A stretch of 63,202 nucleotides of DNA, the filler included, from Choristocarpus tenellus KU-1152 (Eukaryota > Protista > Phaeophyceae): NCBI GenBank assembly GCA_964200185.2. It is 13 parts of 13 records of this genome, joined end to end, with 100 filler letters (N's around TTAATTAATTAA, not from the genome) between each part and the next. Parts side by side here need not be neighbours in the genome. Positions count along the whole stretch, not along the records: positions 38,337 to 40,959 come from CAXNAD020026189.1; positions 41,060 to 45,489 come from CAXNAD020014587.1; positions 45,590 to 51,065 come from CAXNAD020010661.1; positions 51,166 to 56,981 come from CAXNAD020009683.1; 9 more parts are not named here. One strand, 5' to 3'. The notes below the pieces were generated by a model, which was given only the letters and a program-made list of their open reading frames with translations, had not been told where the DNA came from and did not search any database. The position numbers and the translations under genes are program-made. This document shows, one piece after another, positions 38,867 to 53,186 of the stretch (positions are counted from its first letter, which is position 1; each line of letters opens with the position of its first letter).

Positions 38867-40671
38867 GTATTTGAGAGCCGTCCTTGGAGGGTGTTTGAGG
38901 GCCACACTAGTGACGTGGTGGACATTAGCTGGTCTCAGTCAGCATTTCTTTGCTCTGCCAGCGTAGATAAGACTGTAATACTGTGGCATACTTCCAGGTG
39001 GGTAGGACTGAGGTTGAGGCTCAGAGGGGTAAGGTTCAGGGTGGTGCTCTGGCATACCCCTTCCACTGGGTCAAATGTGGGGGTTTCTGTCTGTAGGAAG
39101 GTGGTAGATACTGCACACACCTTAGCACACAACAGCCCCTTGTAATTTGTGTATGGAGCTCCCTACCTGGGGGGGTGGAAGCTCTGCTTGTTTGAGCTGG
39201 GTTCTGACACTAAGTTTGTTCAAATGACTTTCTATATGCTACATTGACGTATTCTACCTAAGTGGTTGAGAGAATGGTATATGCAATATGTGTTAATGTT
39301 GCTAACCCTAACCCTACTCTTAAAATCCTAACTTTTTTTTGGAGTACAGTGGTTCATTGCAACATGAGTTGCTGCAAAACCCTGCTGACTTGTTTTATGC
39401 TCTGTAGAAGACATCTTTTCACCGTTGTAAGTTAGTTGGTTGTATATACCGAACCCCACCTCCCAATGGATATATCACCCCCTGGATGAAGTGTGATCTG
39501 GTATGCAGTGCCTTCTGTGTGGCACTGTAATCTCAGCTTTAGTTCATGCTAATTTGTTAGTGGACATCTCTGCTACGAGGTTTGGACATACTTGTCATAT
39601 GTCCTCTCTGTGTGCACATAATATGCACATAACAATATATTAAACAATATATTATATATAGAGTATTATGCACCTCGCTTTCAACCTCCCTCGTACCCGT
39701 TTACCCATCCTTTCCCACTGAGATATTTCTCTTTCCCCTCTCCTTTGTTTGAATATGTTCAGGAAGGAATGCCTAGGTGTTTATAAACACCCTGATTGTG
39801 TGACCTCTGTGGTCTTCCACCCCCGGGATGACCGTATCATGATGACTGGCTGTTTCGACAAATATCTCAGATTGTGGAATGTACAACAGAAGAGGTGAGC
39901 ATGAAGATGACTGTGCCACCATGCTCACATAGAAAGTGTTCGCTGCTAAGGTACATCAATTGTAGTACTCATCTTGTTTTGTTATGGAGGGTAAGTCCGC
40001 CATGCACAATATGCGTTGTTGTTTGCATCTGCGAGTGCGTCTTTTTTTATGTCTGTTTGGAGTTGTGATCAGAGTACTCATCTTGTTTTGTTATGGAGGG
40101 TAAGTCCGCCATGCGCAGGCGTTACTGTTTGCATCTGTGAGTGCGTTTTTAAAATATCTGTTTGGTGTTGGGATCAGAGTCAAGGCAAGGGATGTTGCTA
40201 TCTGATATGTAGGTCTCTGGAAGAAAGATTGCAGTATTTCCACATCCATGCTTAATTTTTTTTTTCTCATGATTCAATTGCATAGGACTACTTCAAATTA
40301 AAAAAACTGTGTGTTTGAGAGGATTGTTTAATAAATGTAACTTTACAAAAAAATAAATGCTGCCTTGCGCACCCGGATAAGAGCTAGATTGGCCCTCCTC
40401 GCCTATACACCCTGTTTGTATTGCGTGCTCTGCTTACTGGTATAACACCATATATATATATATATTTTCACCACATCCCCTGCTGGCTTATCTTATGTGC
40501 TTCCCCCACACATGCTTTTTTTTTTTAATCCAAAGAGTTTTGAACTGGACTCAATGCCCAGACATTATCACCACGACAAACTTCAGCCCAGACGGCCAGT
40601 TGGCAGTGGGTGGGCTGTTCGATGGGCGTGTCATATTCTATCACACCCAGGACCTCAAGTACTACACGCAG
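38867..40671 (+). CDS. WDR44: WD40-repeat protein, WDR44/Rab11BP-like; three internal exons (38867-38997, 39763-39894, 40536-40671)
   Basis: FEGHTSDVVDISWSQSAFLCSASVDKTVILWH|...CLGVYKHPDCVTSVVFHPRDDRIMMTGCFDKYLRLWN|...DIITTTNFSPDGQLAVGGLFDGRVIFY..LKYYTQ; frames join across GT-AG introns. Confidence 0.88.
39964..40180. repeat. ~109-bp intronic tandem duplication
   Basis: AGTACTCATCTTGTTTTGTTATGGAGGGTAAGTCCGCCATGC at 39964 and 40073. Confidence 0.9.
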
Positions 40672-42809
40672 GTATTAAACATTACACGCCTGGCAAACCC
40701 GACTGTTTAATGTGGATTTTTTTTTACAGTTTTTTTGTTTTTGGTGTTGTCAGTGAGTGTGTTGTTTGTATTATGGTGCACAAGGAATGAGAGTGTGTGG
40801 AATTTGGTGCTGTTGTAGGTATATAAGAAAGCCTTCCCAATATTCCAATTTTAAATGTAGGGACAGATGCAAGATCAGGTCGTCAAAACACAGATGACCC
40901 AACAGACTGATGGGGGGGGGGGGGGGGAGGGGGGGGGCGGGGGGGATTATTTTGGAAAGNNNNNNNNNNNNNNNNNNNNNNNNNNNNNNNNNNNNNNNNN
41001 NNNTTAATTAATTAANNNNNNNNNNNNNNNNNNNNNNNNNNNNNNNNNNNNNNNNNNNNACCAAGTAATCTCGCCGGGTTTATCACCTTTATCCTCTTTG
41101 ATGATTTTGGGGATACTTTAACAATATATTGGATTGGAGATCCCATGGCACTGACTTCCAAAGGCCCTCCATAGTATGGTCTGAGAAGAATATTGTTTTG
41201 CTATAGACCCAGTAGTAGTGTATAGTGTTTGTGCAGCAAGGAAGAGAGTTCGAAGCTCGTGTTGCTGATAAACTACAAGCACTACCGGTGGAGTTGGCAT
41301 TCGGTGGTAGACCCAGCCAGTGATGGCTCGACTGAGAGATTGTAGTTTTTGGTTGGATAGTTCGTTCGTGTATCTGATAGGTGAAATCTGTTGGTTGTGT
41401 TCCTTGATATGGTAGTATGTGGTTTTTGCGCAGGAACGGGGAGGGTTTGTATATAGTGCTGCTGATACTCTGTAGATTTCACCGATGGAGTAAAAAACGG
41501 GAGGTAGAGTAATTTTTATCCAGGTTTCGGTTTACTTCTACCCGCCGATCAACCATTGTTGGGTTCTGGTATTACACTATTATTCAATGTATCACATGGT
41601 GCATGAGATTGAGGTGTAGTATATCACCATTATCAGGGCGAATGTTCACCAACTCAATTTTGATATCCTTGGCCCTGGTGCTGGACACACATCCGATCAA
41701 TCGTGCAAAAAAATAACACCCCCTTGCACTACTCTCCTCGCTGCCTGGTGGTTGTCCTTCCTGACCACGGGATTAACCATTTCTATATTTCTATATTTCT
41801 AGAATGACAACCTCACATGAACGACTATTGGCATTGTGGTTGCCATACCCTTGATGATTTCAGTTATGTATGTCTCTGACCTCTTCTTCTGAAGCAATGC
41901 TGAGCGAGATAGTCCTATTCCTAAAGATAATCTGAGCACCTTGAGGTTGTTTGTTCAAGATGTCCATGAAGAATATGCACACTTGCCTTCCTCCCCTCCC
42001 CAGAGTGTTTCAGAAGGCTACCAATGCCGACCACTGCAAGATGATGGTTAAAAGACCTGTCCAAGAATAAGGATCATTATAGTTTGATGCAGGTCCAAAT
42101 GAACACCATATAGCCAAATGGCACTTCTATACCTTGTTCTGCGCAGAAATATGAAAATGCTTGCCGTACTCTCCAAAGTGTGACGTGTAGACCACAAAGT
42201 TTGCAGGCAGTGGGTGGTTGTAGGTGGACAACAAGGGCAGTGCTCTGTTGGGCAAGGTGGAGCAGGTCATTGCTCTGAAAGAGGTAGGGTGCTGAATAGA
42301 GTCTAGTGTACTTATAAATTGAGGTGAGCTTCCCACCACGAATATCGCAGGAAGACTCGAAATATGTCGGAAGACCTTAGGTTCAACAACTTATCTCTTT
42401 TCAACGAACGTTTTTGTCCCATTTCAAGACGACAGAAGGGGGTTACATACATCGATCCAGAGAGCATGAATTAAATAAAGGTGGTTCTAGATGAGTAACT
42501 GAAGAATAAATGAATGCAACGCACAAGGTTCGGCATTCGTTTTTCTCGTCTTCTATCACACCCGACTCTGTACAAAACGCGGAACACCATGACGCACTTT
42601 GTGCGTCAGCAGAAGCACACATTGTGACGTATCAGGCTCATCAAACATATCAAACATCAAACATCAAACAGGTAGACTCCGAGTAACACCAAAAATGAAT
42701 TATCTAGACCACGACTCTCTAGACTGCCCCACACAACAAACTCAATCTTGACTTTATGCACACATTTTGACGTGCAACGATATCTCTAACTGGAGAACTC
42801 CTGCGGAAC

Positions 42810-43330
42810 TGCCTATCCCTCCTGCGTAACTAAACAAATAATCCACACACTGAATCATCATCGACACCCAGCCGTTCAAGTTGTGATAAATTGGTGAGTA
42901 TGCCTGGTGTGGGCATCGTAGATCATGCAACATCCTCAGACCCCCGTTTCTTCGACATGGTTGCGTCTTTACTAGTGCGGTCTTGACGTCTCCTCGGGGG
43001 ACTGGTTGCCGAGATTGAAGATACTAACGCTTGAACCCAGGTGCCCCCACCCCTCTCTCCTACGCAACTAGAGAAATAGACAACATCGAATCATCATCGA
43101 CACTCAACCGTTCAAGCTGTGATAAATTGATGCGGCAGCCTTGTGCGGGTATCATGGATCAGGTCACCACTTCAAACGCCCGTTTCTTGCTAAAGTTCCA
43201 CATGGTTCCACATCGTCACTAACGCCTTCTATCTGTGACTAAAAATAGTCGATCTCGATCTCTCCTCGGGTGACTGGTACCCGAGTTTCAAGATGTCGAT
43301 GCTTGAACCCGCCTACCCCATCCCTCGCTC
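42810..43330. repeat. Two degenerate ~240-270-bp tandem units
   Basis: GAATCATCATCGACAC..CCGTTCAAG.TGTGATAAATTG and TCTCCTCGGG.GACTGGT..CCGAG...GCTTGAACCC each occur twice. Confidence 0.8.
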
Positions 43331-45620
43331 ATGTCCTCATCTCAGAGTTCTGTTCCATGAGGACGGTGCCTGTTGTGGCCTTACGTACCACACGTCAAGA
43401 AATTGGTGGTGTGGAGTCTGCTGAAAGCGGGTTTTGAGGGCGTCAAGACAGTTAGGACTGTAGAATATTTGAAAAGAGCTGATTTTGAAGAAACAAAACT
43501 ACAGTGGTGTGAGTTGCAAAACTAGTGAAGGTAAAATCCGGAATCTCGTTGTCATCGTGGTCAGCTTTTGTCGTAACAGATTCGCAATGCAAAGTTGACC
43601 GATTCAAGTTATGTGTAAGACTTCAACGTTCAATGGGGGCATAGGCAACTACCGTGGTAGAGAGCAGAGAACCACTCCCTCACCTTTATCAACAAGGATA
43701 CCAACAGCGAGCCAGACCAGGGTGACCCTTGCCGACGGCACGGCACGCGAAATCTCTTGATTGGGTCTTAGTTCGGCGAGAAGCGGAGGAGGTGTTACAC
43801 CTTTGTGTAAGGAGGGTTCATTAGGTAGAACGGCAATGTCTGATGGGCAGAGCTCCAGCCCATTCGAACTGAAGCAGAACCGACCACGGCGACCTCAGTT
43901 CAGACGCGACGTGGAGAGGAGGATGCTTTGGTACATGATGGCGGTCAAATCGACAAACAAGAAAGTGGGAGATAGTGTTTTTATCATGTGTTTGCACAGT
44001 GAAAAGGGAGGATATGTTCTGAGTGGCGTCGGTGCGGTCAGTACTGAAAAAAGGACTCTTTGAAGAATCTTCCAATCATTTCTTATTTTTTCCCAATCGA
44101 GATTCATGGTTGTTGACTCAGAAGTTGCAAACTCGGAAAACAATCCTTGTTCAGTTGTGTTAAGTGGCTATGTTTTGTGTCTCTGCCTTCCCTTTCATGT
44201 TCTTTGCTTCACCTAGCAAAAAATCTTGAAGGATTATTTCCACCATCAATACCAATATATATGTATAACTTAATTCAGACTTTATGGAGCCAAATAAAAC
44301 ACAACCTAGAACTGTCCTTCGTATTGAATCACACGGCAAAATTGTTAGAATGTGAAATATTGAAAGTTGAACCAAACCTCAACTTTTGCCTCCTCTAATC
44401 TGTTCATTGATCGTTCGTTGATGTAACCAAAGCTAAAAACACATCGCGATATACTGTATATATGAAAGAGTAAAAAATATTAGATACACCAACACAAAAC
44501 GATTGAAATTCGAACGAAGTTGGGACGAGGTGTTGGGTATGGGTTGATAGGTTAGGGTTTGAGTTCGAGTAGGGTTGAGTAGTAGTTGGAAGTGGAAGTT
44601 GAGAGATAAGTGTTTTGTCCTTTGAATGAGAGAAGGATATTGAATTCTATATACTTTATTGCGAACCATACTTCCTATTTTACCTGCCTCCTTCATGTGA
44701 AGTAATTGATGGAGTGTATCCAGTTGTTATAATTCGAAGATGAGGTTGAAGTTATTGAGGTTACCCAAAGTGTTTTTAATGGGAAAAGGGCATGATGTTG
44801 GATGGATCAGATAGGAGGTTTTAATGCTTGCATGTGTTGTAAGGTATTCGAACTTGTTGATCTTCTGGAGTGGTCGTACGGTAAAGGGGTGGAGGGCAGT
44901 AAAATAATGGAAATATACTTCAAAATCTTACAACGCAAGTAGTTGCCCTACTACTCTCTAAACGTGTCATGTTTTGTAAGTTGGAGACAGAAGGAAGATG
45001 TGCAAGTGGGGCCTTATTAGATTGTTTGGATGCTTCCCTAGCTCCTCACCGTGGGTGTAGGACTAAGGTAGGTTGTAGGTACGGGAAGGTAGTGGTGCAG
45101 CATAATAGATAGGTGAAAGGGGTAGTAAAATAGAAACAGATAAAATGTCTTTCACATTTACGACAACTAACTGTTACTTTTTGGGAAGGTTTCTTAAATG
45201 TGAATAGTATTAGTTGTTTTTTCTGGACACATCAATAAATTTCGACATCCAAATCATTGGTTCAACATAGATGTTTATGTGGTCAGTGGAAATCTCTAGT
45301 TATATATATATTTATTATTATGCCCTCTGACATTTTGCAGATGTGTCAGGGGGGAAACCAATCTATACTATATATATGTCGTTATTAACCCTAAAAAAAT
45401 AGAATATCCTAAACATAAGAACACTATAAAATATTGTAAGTGTAGAAACCACTAATCAGTTACTTCACCACTATCAAATATTGTACTACNNNNNNNNNNN
45501 NNNNNNNNNNNNNNNNNNNNNNNNNNNNNNNNNTTAATTAATTAANNNNNNNNNNNNNNNNNNNNNNNNNNNNNNNNNNNNNNNNNNNNGTGGGTGTTTT
45601 TTTTGTGTGTGTGGGTGTGG

Positions 45621-45675
<55 letters not shown>

Positions 45676-46448
45676 CTGAGTTGTTTTGTGATTTTGTAGT
45701 TGAGGTGAAAATGACAGTTACATTTTGGGCTGGTAGATGGATTGGTTATTGACTCTGGTAGTTTGGGCTGTCTTCTGAGTTAGGATGAAGTGTAGAATTG
45801 GGTTGTCAGGTGTTGATTTTTTTTTTGTTACAGTGCATTAACTGGTGTGTAGATTATACAGTGCATTTGAGGTCGTGATTGACTAAGTAGCAGTGCCCGT
45901 GTCAGTTTGATGGAGTGGCAGATTGATGTATATATATAGGTAAGGGTATAGACCCGTTTTGTAATTTTTTTTATATTGCTAGAGTTTCGAAGAAAAATAA
46001 TTTTTTTTATATTGCTAAAGTTTCAAAAAAAATAATAATTTTGTCCGTTTCTGTCCCGTTTTTTACATTTTTTACTGACCACCTCTCGTATCTTTTATTT
46101 ATTTTATTCTAAGACTATTATTTTTTATTTGCAATTGTACCAAAAAGTTATCCTTCCCCCCCTTACACACACACAAACACAAACACCATGCCCATAGGTA
46201 GATACCACCAAGGGCTCTCGCAAGCCTGCCATCACTAAGAACCAACGCCTGCCTCATATTCTGCAACTCCCCCTACTGAAAACCCCAGAGTCCACCCTGA
46301 CATCTGAGAATGCAGGGCCTTCATTACTCTCCAAAGTAACTTTTATTTTATGTTTTGTAATTTTTATGTATCATATTTTATTTTATTTTATTATATTTAA
46401 TGTACTGTGTATGTTTCTAAATGCAATGACTCTCTGCTTTCCAAACAG

Positions 46449-49400
46449 ATCACAGAGTTGCAGAATATGAGGCAGGCGTTGGTTGTGGCGACAAGCACGC
46501 GGAGCTTGGAGGCCATCAAGGAGGCTATCAATAAGGTGTATCTTCTTAGTTTTATTTTTTATTTTATTGTGTTTTTTCAGTTACCGTTTGAGCGGGTTAG
46601 GGTTAAGGTTATGTGGTGGAAGCGGAATGTTTATTTTTATTTGAGTGTGTGCTTTGTTCTTTGTTGCATCAAGATTTAAAAATTAGAAGAGGGATTTTAA
46701 GGTGTGTAAGTATATATGTTGCATGTTGTGTGTTTATGATTCACTCCTTTTTTGCAAGGGTTAGGGTTAGGGTCAAGACTGGACTGATTGAATGTAATTT
46801 TTCACTCTGAGTCGCATCTGCCAAGTACTGGAGGTATATAATGATTTATTTGTTTTTGGTGTATGGTGTTTGTTGTGTGTAGTACAATTTTTAATTTTAC
46901 ACTATAATTTTACATTTGCTCTTGTCATGGTCCAATCATATCAAATCGAATCACACCCACTCCCTCCCTCGCGCTTGCTTGCTTGCTTACATGCATGCAC
47001 ACCTTCCTGTGGATGATCTATATGTGGTAGTTTATAGTAGTGTATTATAGTCTATGATACAATATGGCTCTGAACATGTACTGAAAAAAGAATATATATA
47101 TCGGCTTGCCTTGCCTTGCTGTTTGCTGCATGTGTGTGTGTCTATGTGTATCTAGGCTGAGTCTATCCAGTTCAGAGGCAAGGAGCTTGCTGATGCGCAT
47201 GACATGAAGAGAGAGCTGGAGGAGAAGGAGAAGGTGAGCTTACTTTACTTTATACTTTGTAAGTGTTTTCCTTTCATCTAGGGTTAGGGTTATCAATGGT
47301 GTTGTTTTGTTTTTGTTTCTTAAGCTGTATGTTTTGGAGGGAGTGGTGAGTGCTTAGGGTTAGGGTTACACGGGGTAGAGAGTCTTTTATTTTTTATTTC
47401 GGAGTTGATATATTTGTTTTTTTTATTATTGGAGGGAGATGAATTTGTGCATGTGTGTGTTTTTTATTATTGGATATTAGATTACAGTAGTTGGAGTGAG
47501 GGAGAAAAAATGGAGTGGTTTGATTGGTTCTTAAGGCAACAAACGGGTTATTTTCATTGGGTGAATGATTTAGTCTACTGGTGTATGAAATATAAAACAT
47601 TTATGCAGAGTGATCTCTCCCTGGAGTATTTTTTAATAAAAGAGAACTTTTAGAGTTATCACATTGAACATCTATTTTTACCTCCCCTCCCCCCATCATA
47701 CATGATTCTACCCCCTTGTGTATTGTGTATTTTTTATTTATTTTTTTAGTTGATGCTGTAACCTTTCTTGGAAAAAATCTGATGATGTTTTTTCTTTTAT
47801 CAACACTTTTAAGATGTGATTATAATGTTAATAAATTCACTCTTTTGCAGGTAATGGCAGATGTGCAAACTGCAATGAACACTAAGGATATTACTGCTCT
47901 GGGGAGGGCACTCAAGGAGGCAGAACGACTGAATGTTGACATGGTGAGATGCCTGTTGTGGACACCCTTCCCTTCCCTTCTAATACCATCCCTTGTGATC
48001 TTTTCATCCTTGATGTTTACTCCTGCTATCACTGTGTGTAATGTATGTGTCTGTTACACTCTCCTCTAATATAATAATAAAATAATATCTTTTGAATTGT
48101 GGTGAATGTGAAAAAAATCTTTTATTTTTTTATTTTTTGTAGGGATATTAGTTACTGTGTATTGATAGACTGCATCTCTACTTGTGAACATACTTACTAT
48201 GGATGTCTGTAACACACACTCCTTGCCCTCTATCCAAAATAAAAAAAGATAAGGAGTAGCTGACTGATGTGCAATTTAAACTGGCCAATCACTGCACCTA
48301 GAGTCACCCACCTAATACATTACACCCCAACCTTTTTTTTTTAATTGTGTGTCTAGAAAGTGCATGCAGACAAAAAAAAAGTATATATATTATAGACTAT
48401 AGACTATAGATTATAGATTATCTATTTGTGTGCGATTTGGAACGCTCCTATCCTTTATTTTATTTATAACACAAGCCAGTAGGAACAACAATAACTCTTG
48501 ATAACCAGGGCTTTTCGTTGGTCAGTTAGGGTTACCGCTTCCACTCTCGGCCTTGTGGCTACGGGCCGGTCCATGGGTCACCCAGCTAGCCATGTTGAAA
48601 CGTTCTGCGGCTATGGACTCGGTCGTGTTTCAACTTCAACTTCAACTTGGATGTACATGGGTCACGTGGAGTAGTTAGTGATGGCCATGGGACAAGACTG
48701 TCAGTGTGTTGTTTTTTTAATGTCTTGTCTATGCCCTTCAATATATTTTTTTGTGTTTTATGGTTGGACTGTTGATGTTGATGCCTTGGTATTTTACATG
48801 GTGTATCCTGTTCTATTTCAATAAAAACTGCTGTTGATAACTGCCTACAATATATATATATATATTTATTTATTTTTTTAATGTTGATATTTCTGTATTG
48901 ATATGTGACAGCCATAGGAGTGTTGCACCAACTCAAGGCAGATTGATTGATAGAAAATGGGTACTTTTCTCAATATGGAGAATTGATAGATGTATGTATA
49001 AGATTTCCTTGTGGCGTTGATATATGATTGATATAAGGTCTCAGAGTCTTCAACCGTTGCAAATATATGTATGAGGACATCAACCATCAACCTTGTCCCA
49101 GATCAACAGTTTTGGGGGGGCTAAAGTGCCTTTTGGGATACTGATTCCTTCATCTAATTTTATATGTTACTCTTTTATGTGCCATAAAAAACTCCACAAG
49201 TGTGTCCCTCCTAACCCTAACCCTAACCTAGGTTTTAGTATCGTTATCATTTTTGATAATTACAATTAAGTCCCTTTGAAAGAGTATCATCTATGTGCAG
49301 ATAGTTGGAACATAATTAAGGAACACTTAAACTTCGATGCATGTCCAATCTACTCTATTAGATTTAGTTTTTATTGTTGTGGGGTTTGTTACCCAAATTT

Positions 49401-50754
49401 TTTTATTTAGTACATAACTGCGTGAACTGGACATGGTCAGGTCATGCCAGGCCAAATAAAAATGATAAAAGTTTAGACTGGCATGAAAGTTCCATGTCAT
49501 TTTATGTCCAGTGCCTACAGACATGGACATGAATAAACAGAACTTCACGAATGAAAAAAATAAAAAATAAAAATAACTATGGGACTGATCAGACACTGTT
49601 TTTTATTATGATTATTTTTTTATTGGTTTGAAATGTGACGACTCTTTTTTTTTGTTCTGTTATTTGTTGTGATGGTTATTATTTCTTACAATGGTTGTTA
49701 TTTGTAGGATATGGAAGACTATGCGGAGCTCCAGGAAGTCCGTAACGCCCTGAACAGAGAGGAAAAGGTACTGGAGGTGAAGGCCCGGCTCAAGGAGGGG
49801 GTCAGGGGAGAGAACCTGGCCCTCATCAACAAGGCCCTGGCTATGGCTCTGGAGCTGGGCTGTCAGGAGGATACACAGGTGGTGGCTGCTCAGGGGGTAC
49901 AGAAACGCCTTACCATGTGTGAGGAGGCCCGCAGTAAGGTCATGGCGGCTCAGAGGGCTCTCATGGTGAAGATGCAGAGCAAGTCTGGTGTTGCCAGGTG
50001 GGTTGGGGTTAGGGTTAGGGTGAATTTGATTTGATTGGGTAGGTTTTTTGAGGGGTGGGGAGAGAGGGTGATTGGTGTTTTACCTGTTTTCTATGTTCTG
50101 TGACAGGTATGAAGAGGAGTGTGTTAAAAAAAAAGAACATTTTTTTACTGTCCGGGGGTATGTTTGTAGCATCGCCTTCTTAATTTTAATAAAAGTAGTG
50201 AGTGAGATGTAATGAATGACATGATGTCTTCCTCAAGTCTCCGTCCTTTTCTATCAAAATAATAATAAAATAATAGTACTATTGTTGTGGTGGTGGTGGT
50301 GGTGGTGCAGGATTTGAAACAACTGTTTACCTCTTTTTTGTGTTGGATTTTTTTTTTATAGGAGGCTGTCGTGTGTGGATTACCTCACTACGTTGTGTTG
50401 TGTAGTCTCCTTTGTTTTTCAAGTTGTTTTTATCTTTTTGAGTTTAATAAATATATAATTTGATATATATTTTTTTTTAACCATTCTTTAATTGTGCTTC
50501 AAAAACGAGCATTGATCATACATACGTAGTAATACACAAGTTTTATTTATTTTTTATTTTTTTGTGACACATGGAAAGGGAGGATTTGGATGCCATGTCG
50601 GAGGCAGTGGAGGAGGCTAAGGTGTGTGGGGTGAGTGATGCCACAGCATTCATGGTAGATGCATCTATTTTGAATGACAAGGGGGAGAAGCAGCTAGAGG
50701 CACAAGGGATGCTCACGCAGGCATTGGCCAGTCTGAGCAAGTCCAAGATGCGAG
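46449..50754 (+). CDS. Alpha-helical repeat/coiled-coil protein, possibly unconventional myosin tail; five internal exons (46449-46535, 47156-47233, 47851-47943, 49708-49997, 50579-50754)
   Basis: The exons splice into one open frame of Ala/Glu/Lys-rich helical repeats (SLEAIKEAINKAE, DITALGRALKEAE, NLALINKALAMAL, DLDAMSEAVEEAK). Myosin assignment is by resemblance only; no motor domain in the contig. Confidence 0.75.
48505..48700 (+). mobile_element. Left-end fragment of the hAT-like family inside an intron
   Basis: CAGGGCTTTTC...TCCACTCTCGGCC...ATGTTGAAACG...ATGGACTCGGTC colinear with 30422-30600. Confidence 0.6.
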
Positions 50755-53186
50755 GTGGGTGTAACTGTCACTTTTTATTTTTTAGGGGTTAGGGTTAGGG
50801 ACGGGGATGATGGTGGGTGGGTGTCTGTGTCTGTGTGTATGAAACAAGAGGTGTTTGTATTTTGAAAGGTTTGTTGGGAAGTGGGTTTGATTTTTTCTTG
50901 TGTTTGTTTGTTGGTGTGTATATTTATTTTATATATGGTTGAAGAAGAAAAAAATGTGTTTATTTATTTGGATGTCGATTTTTTTTATTTGAGGGGGGGG
51001 GGCGCGGGAGGAGGGGGGGTGGGGAGTTTTTTTCTTAATTGATGTGTATTTTCTATTTTATTGTTNNNNNNNNNNNNNNNNNNNNNNNNNNNNNNNNNNN
51101 NNNNNNNNNTTAATTAATTAANNNNNNNNNNNNNNNNNNNNNNNNNNNNNNNNNNNNNNNNNNNNATGTAAAGATTAGAATATCGTTAGTATTCTGTAAA
51201 AACCCTAACGCACGTATTTTGGCTGTTCAATAGTTTTAATGATCCGATTGTGTTATAAAAAATACGAATATCGAACAGCATACGATTTCATATTGAAAAG
51301 AGACAGAGAGTAACTGTTTTTTGTGACCTTTTCATTTCTTATGTTTGAAACATATTGGATCAATACAAGGACGTGGTTTGTAATTGTATTTGTTGATGTA
51401 AAGATTAGAATATCATTATTATTTGTCAAAACCCTAAAGCACGTGTTTTGGCTCTCTTGATTTGTCAAGAACAGAAATCTAGTTCAAAACTAGAAGGTCC
51501 CCTTATGTCATCTCTTCAGTTTTTAAAAATACTAACGTTGCCAAAAACCGGTTTTAGTATTTAAATAAATTGTAGGGTACCAGTTGGAAATGAGCTTTAT
51601 GTTTATGGAAATTGGAAACGTTTTAGACCGATAAAGTGCGTGCTTGGTATTTTAAAAAATGGTAAGAACGGATACGACTGGATTTACTATTTCTAAAAAT
51701 CCTCATGCACATGCTTAGGGTTATTTCATTTTCAAAGAACAGAATGGCAATTCGAAACTGTTATTCCCCCCTTTGTCGTCTGTAGATTGTTTAAGAATGC
51801 ACATGTCCAACAATTTCAGATTTTGCATCTAAAAAAATTGGAGGGTGCCATTTTTTTTTACCTTTTGGTTTCTGGACTTTGGAACGTACAAGATCGATTA
51901 AGTATGTCTTACTACCGCCTTCGGCATGGATTCCCATTCAAAAAGGGTCCCTTAAAAAGTGCCGCAACATTTACAAAAAAAAACATACGGGCATTTTCCG
52001 CGCACCCCTTTGTCTTATTTCCTCCCCCCATGAAATAATCCATCCACCATTATCTCGATCCACTGTTCATTCCTCCTTGCTCTTGTTACCTCGACTATGC
52101 GTCAATCGGCAGCTAAGTCCAAGGCAGAGGCAGGAAGCCCAGCTCATCTTGATCCTTATGCCTCGACGCAGTCCCGAGTGTAAATAAGGAACGAGGTTTC
52201 AGCCCAGTACGAAAGGTTACAACGGTGCAACCATATACCTCGAAAAATTGTTGTTCGATAGTACTTGGTCAGACTTCTAACGATCTTGATCCAGCCCCTC
52301 AATTCACGGATTTTCCTTTTGTAGGTTGGAAATGAGTGCGCGATAGGGGGTGGGGTGTGGGTTGGAGGGTGTGTGATAAGACGTGCAAGTATAAACATGT
52401 TGGGGGTATGAGGAAACGTACAGCACACAAACACCCATAACAAACAACGGTCCTTGACCACTACCACTGAAGTTCCGTCTATTATTGTGGTAAGTTACAT
52501 ATTTTTGTAACAGTCCGAGATTCGTCCACAACCATAAGAAATTTAAGGAAACTACTGTGTGCAAAATGAAATTTATTATGGAGAAAGTCCTATGTATCAC
52601 CCCATCTTATAGTATCAGAACTACCATGTTGACATATGATGACATTTTAGACTTTTTAGATAGTGAATTACATTTTGCGCAAATGTTTTGAAATTTCTCA
52701 TTTCAAGTTCCTAACAATAGTGAATGTGGAAGTGTAAAAAGTGCCAAGTTCTCTGCTCAAACAATCACAATTACCGGAGTGAACTCTTCCACCTCAGAGG
52801 GTGAGACTGAGTATCAAAGGTCTTGACCCAACATCTCAAAGTCTCTTGACGAAATCCAGCACAGAACAAAAACCTCAAAACACAACAGATGTTCCCGAAT
52901 GACTGAGCAACGTCACAGCAAAGAAATGGATCGGTCAGAATTGGAAAGTCTCTTCGTTCTGACGGTCCATTTTGGCTGTTTGGTCAAATCCGGATCTTAT
53001 GGGTGTTATTGGTTTATTAAACTGATCGGTATGGGTGAGCTCAATTGACGTGGTTGGCGCGCGCAATTGTATATGACCGCGCGTCTTATACACAAGTGTG
53101 TGGGTCGGAGATCTCAAAAAAGGAACCTGTCCCTGACATGAAAAACATTTTGACGTTGTAAGACCTTCGGGGCAGTACTCAAAGGT

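Noticed and set aside
42200-42345. Chromodomain-like KVEQVIALKE...VLIN* suggesting a Ty3/Gypsy relic
   Set aside because: Short, interrupted by stops; no integrase, RT or LTR recognised nearby.
45620-45676. Very long poly-G tracts (also 38337-38375, 40911-40945) as G-quadruplex elements
   Set aside because: Located at contig ends; lengths are unreliable and may be sequencing artefacts.
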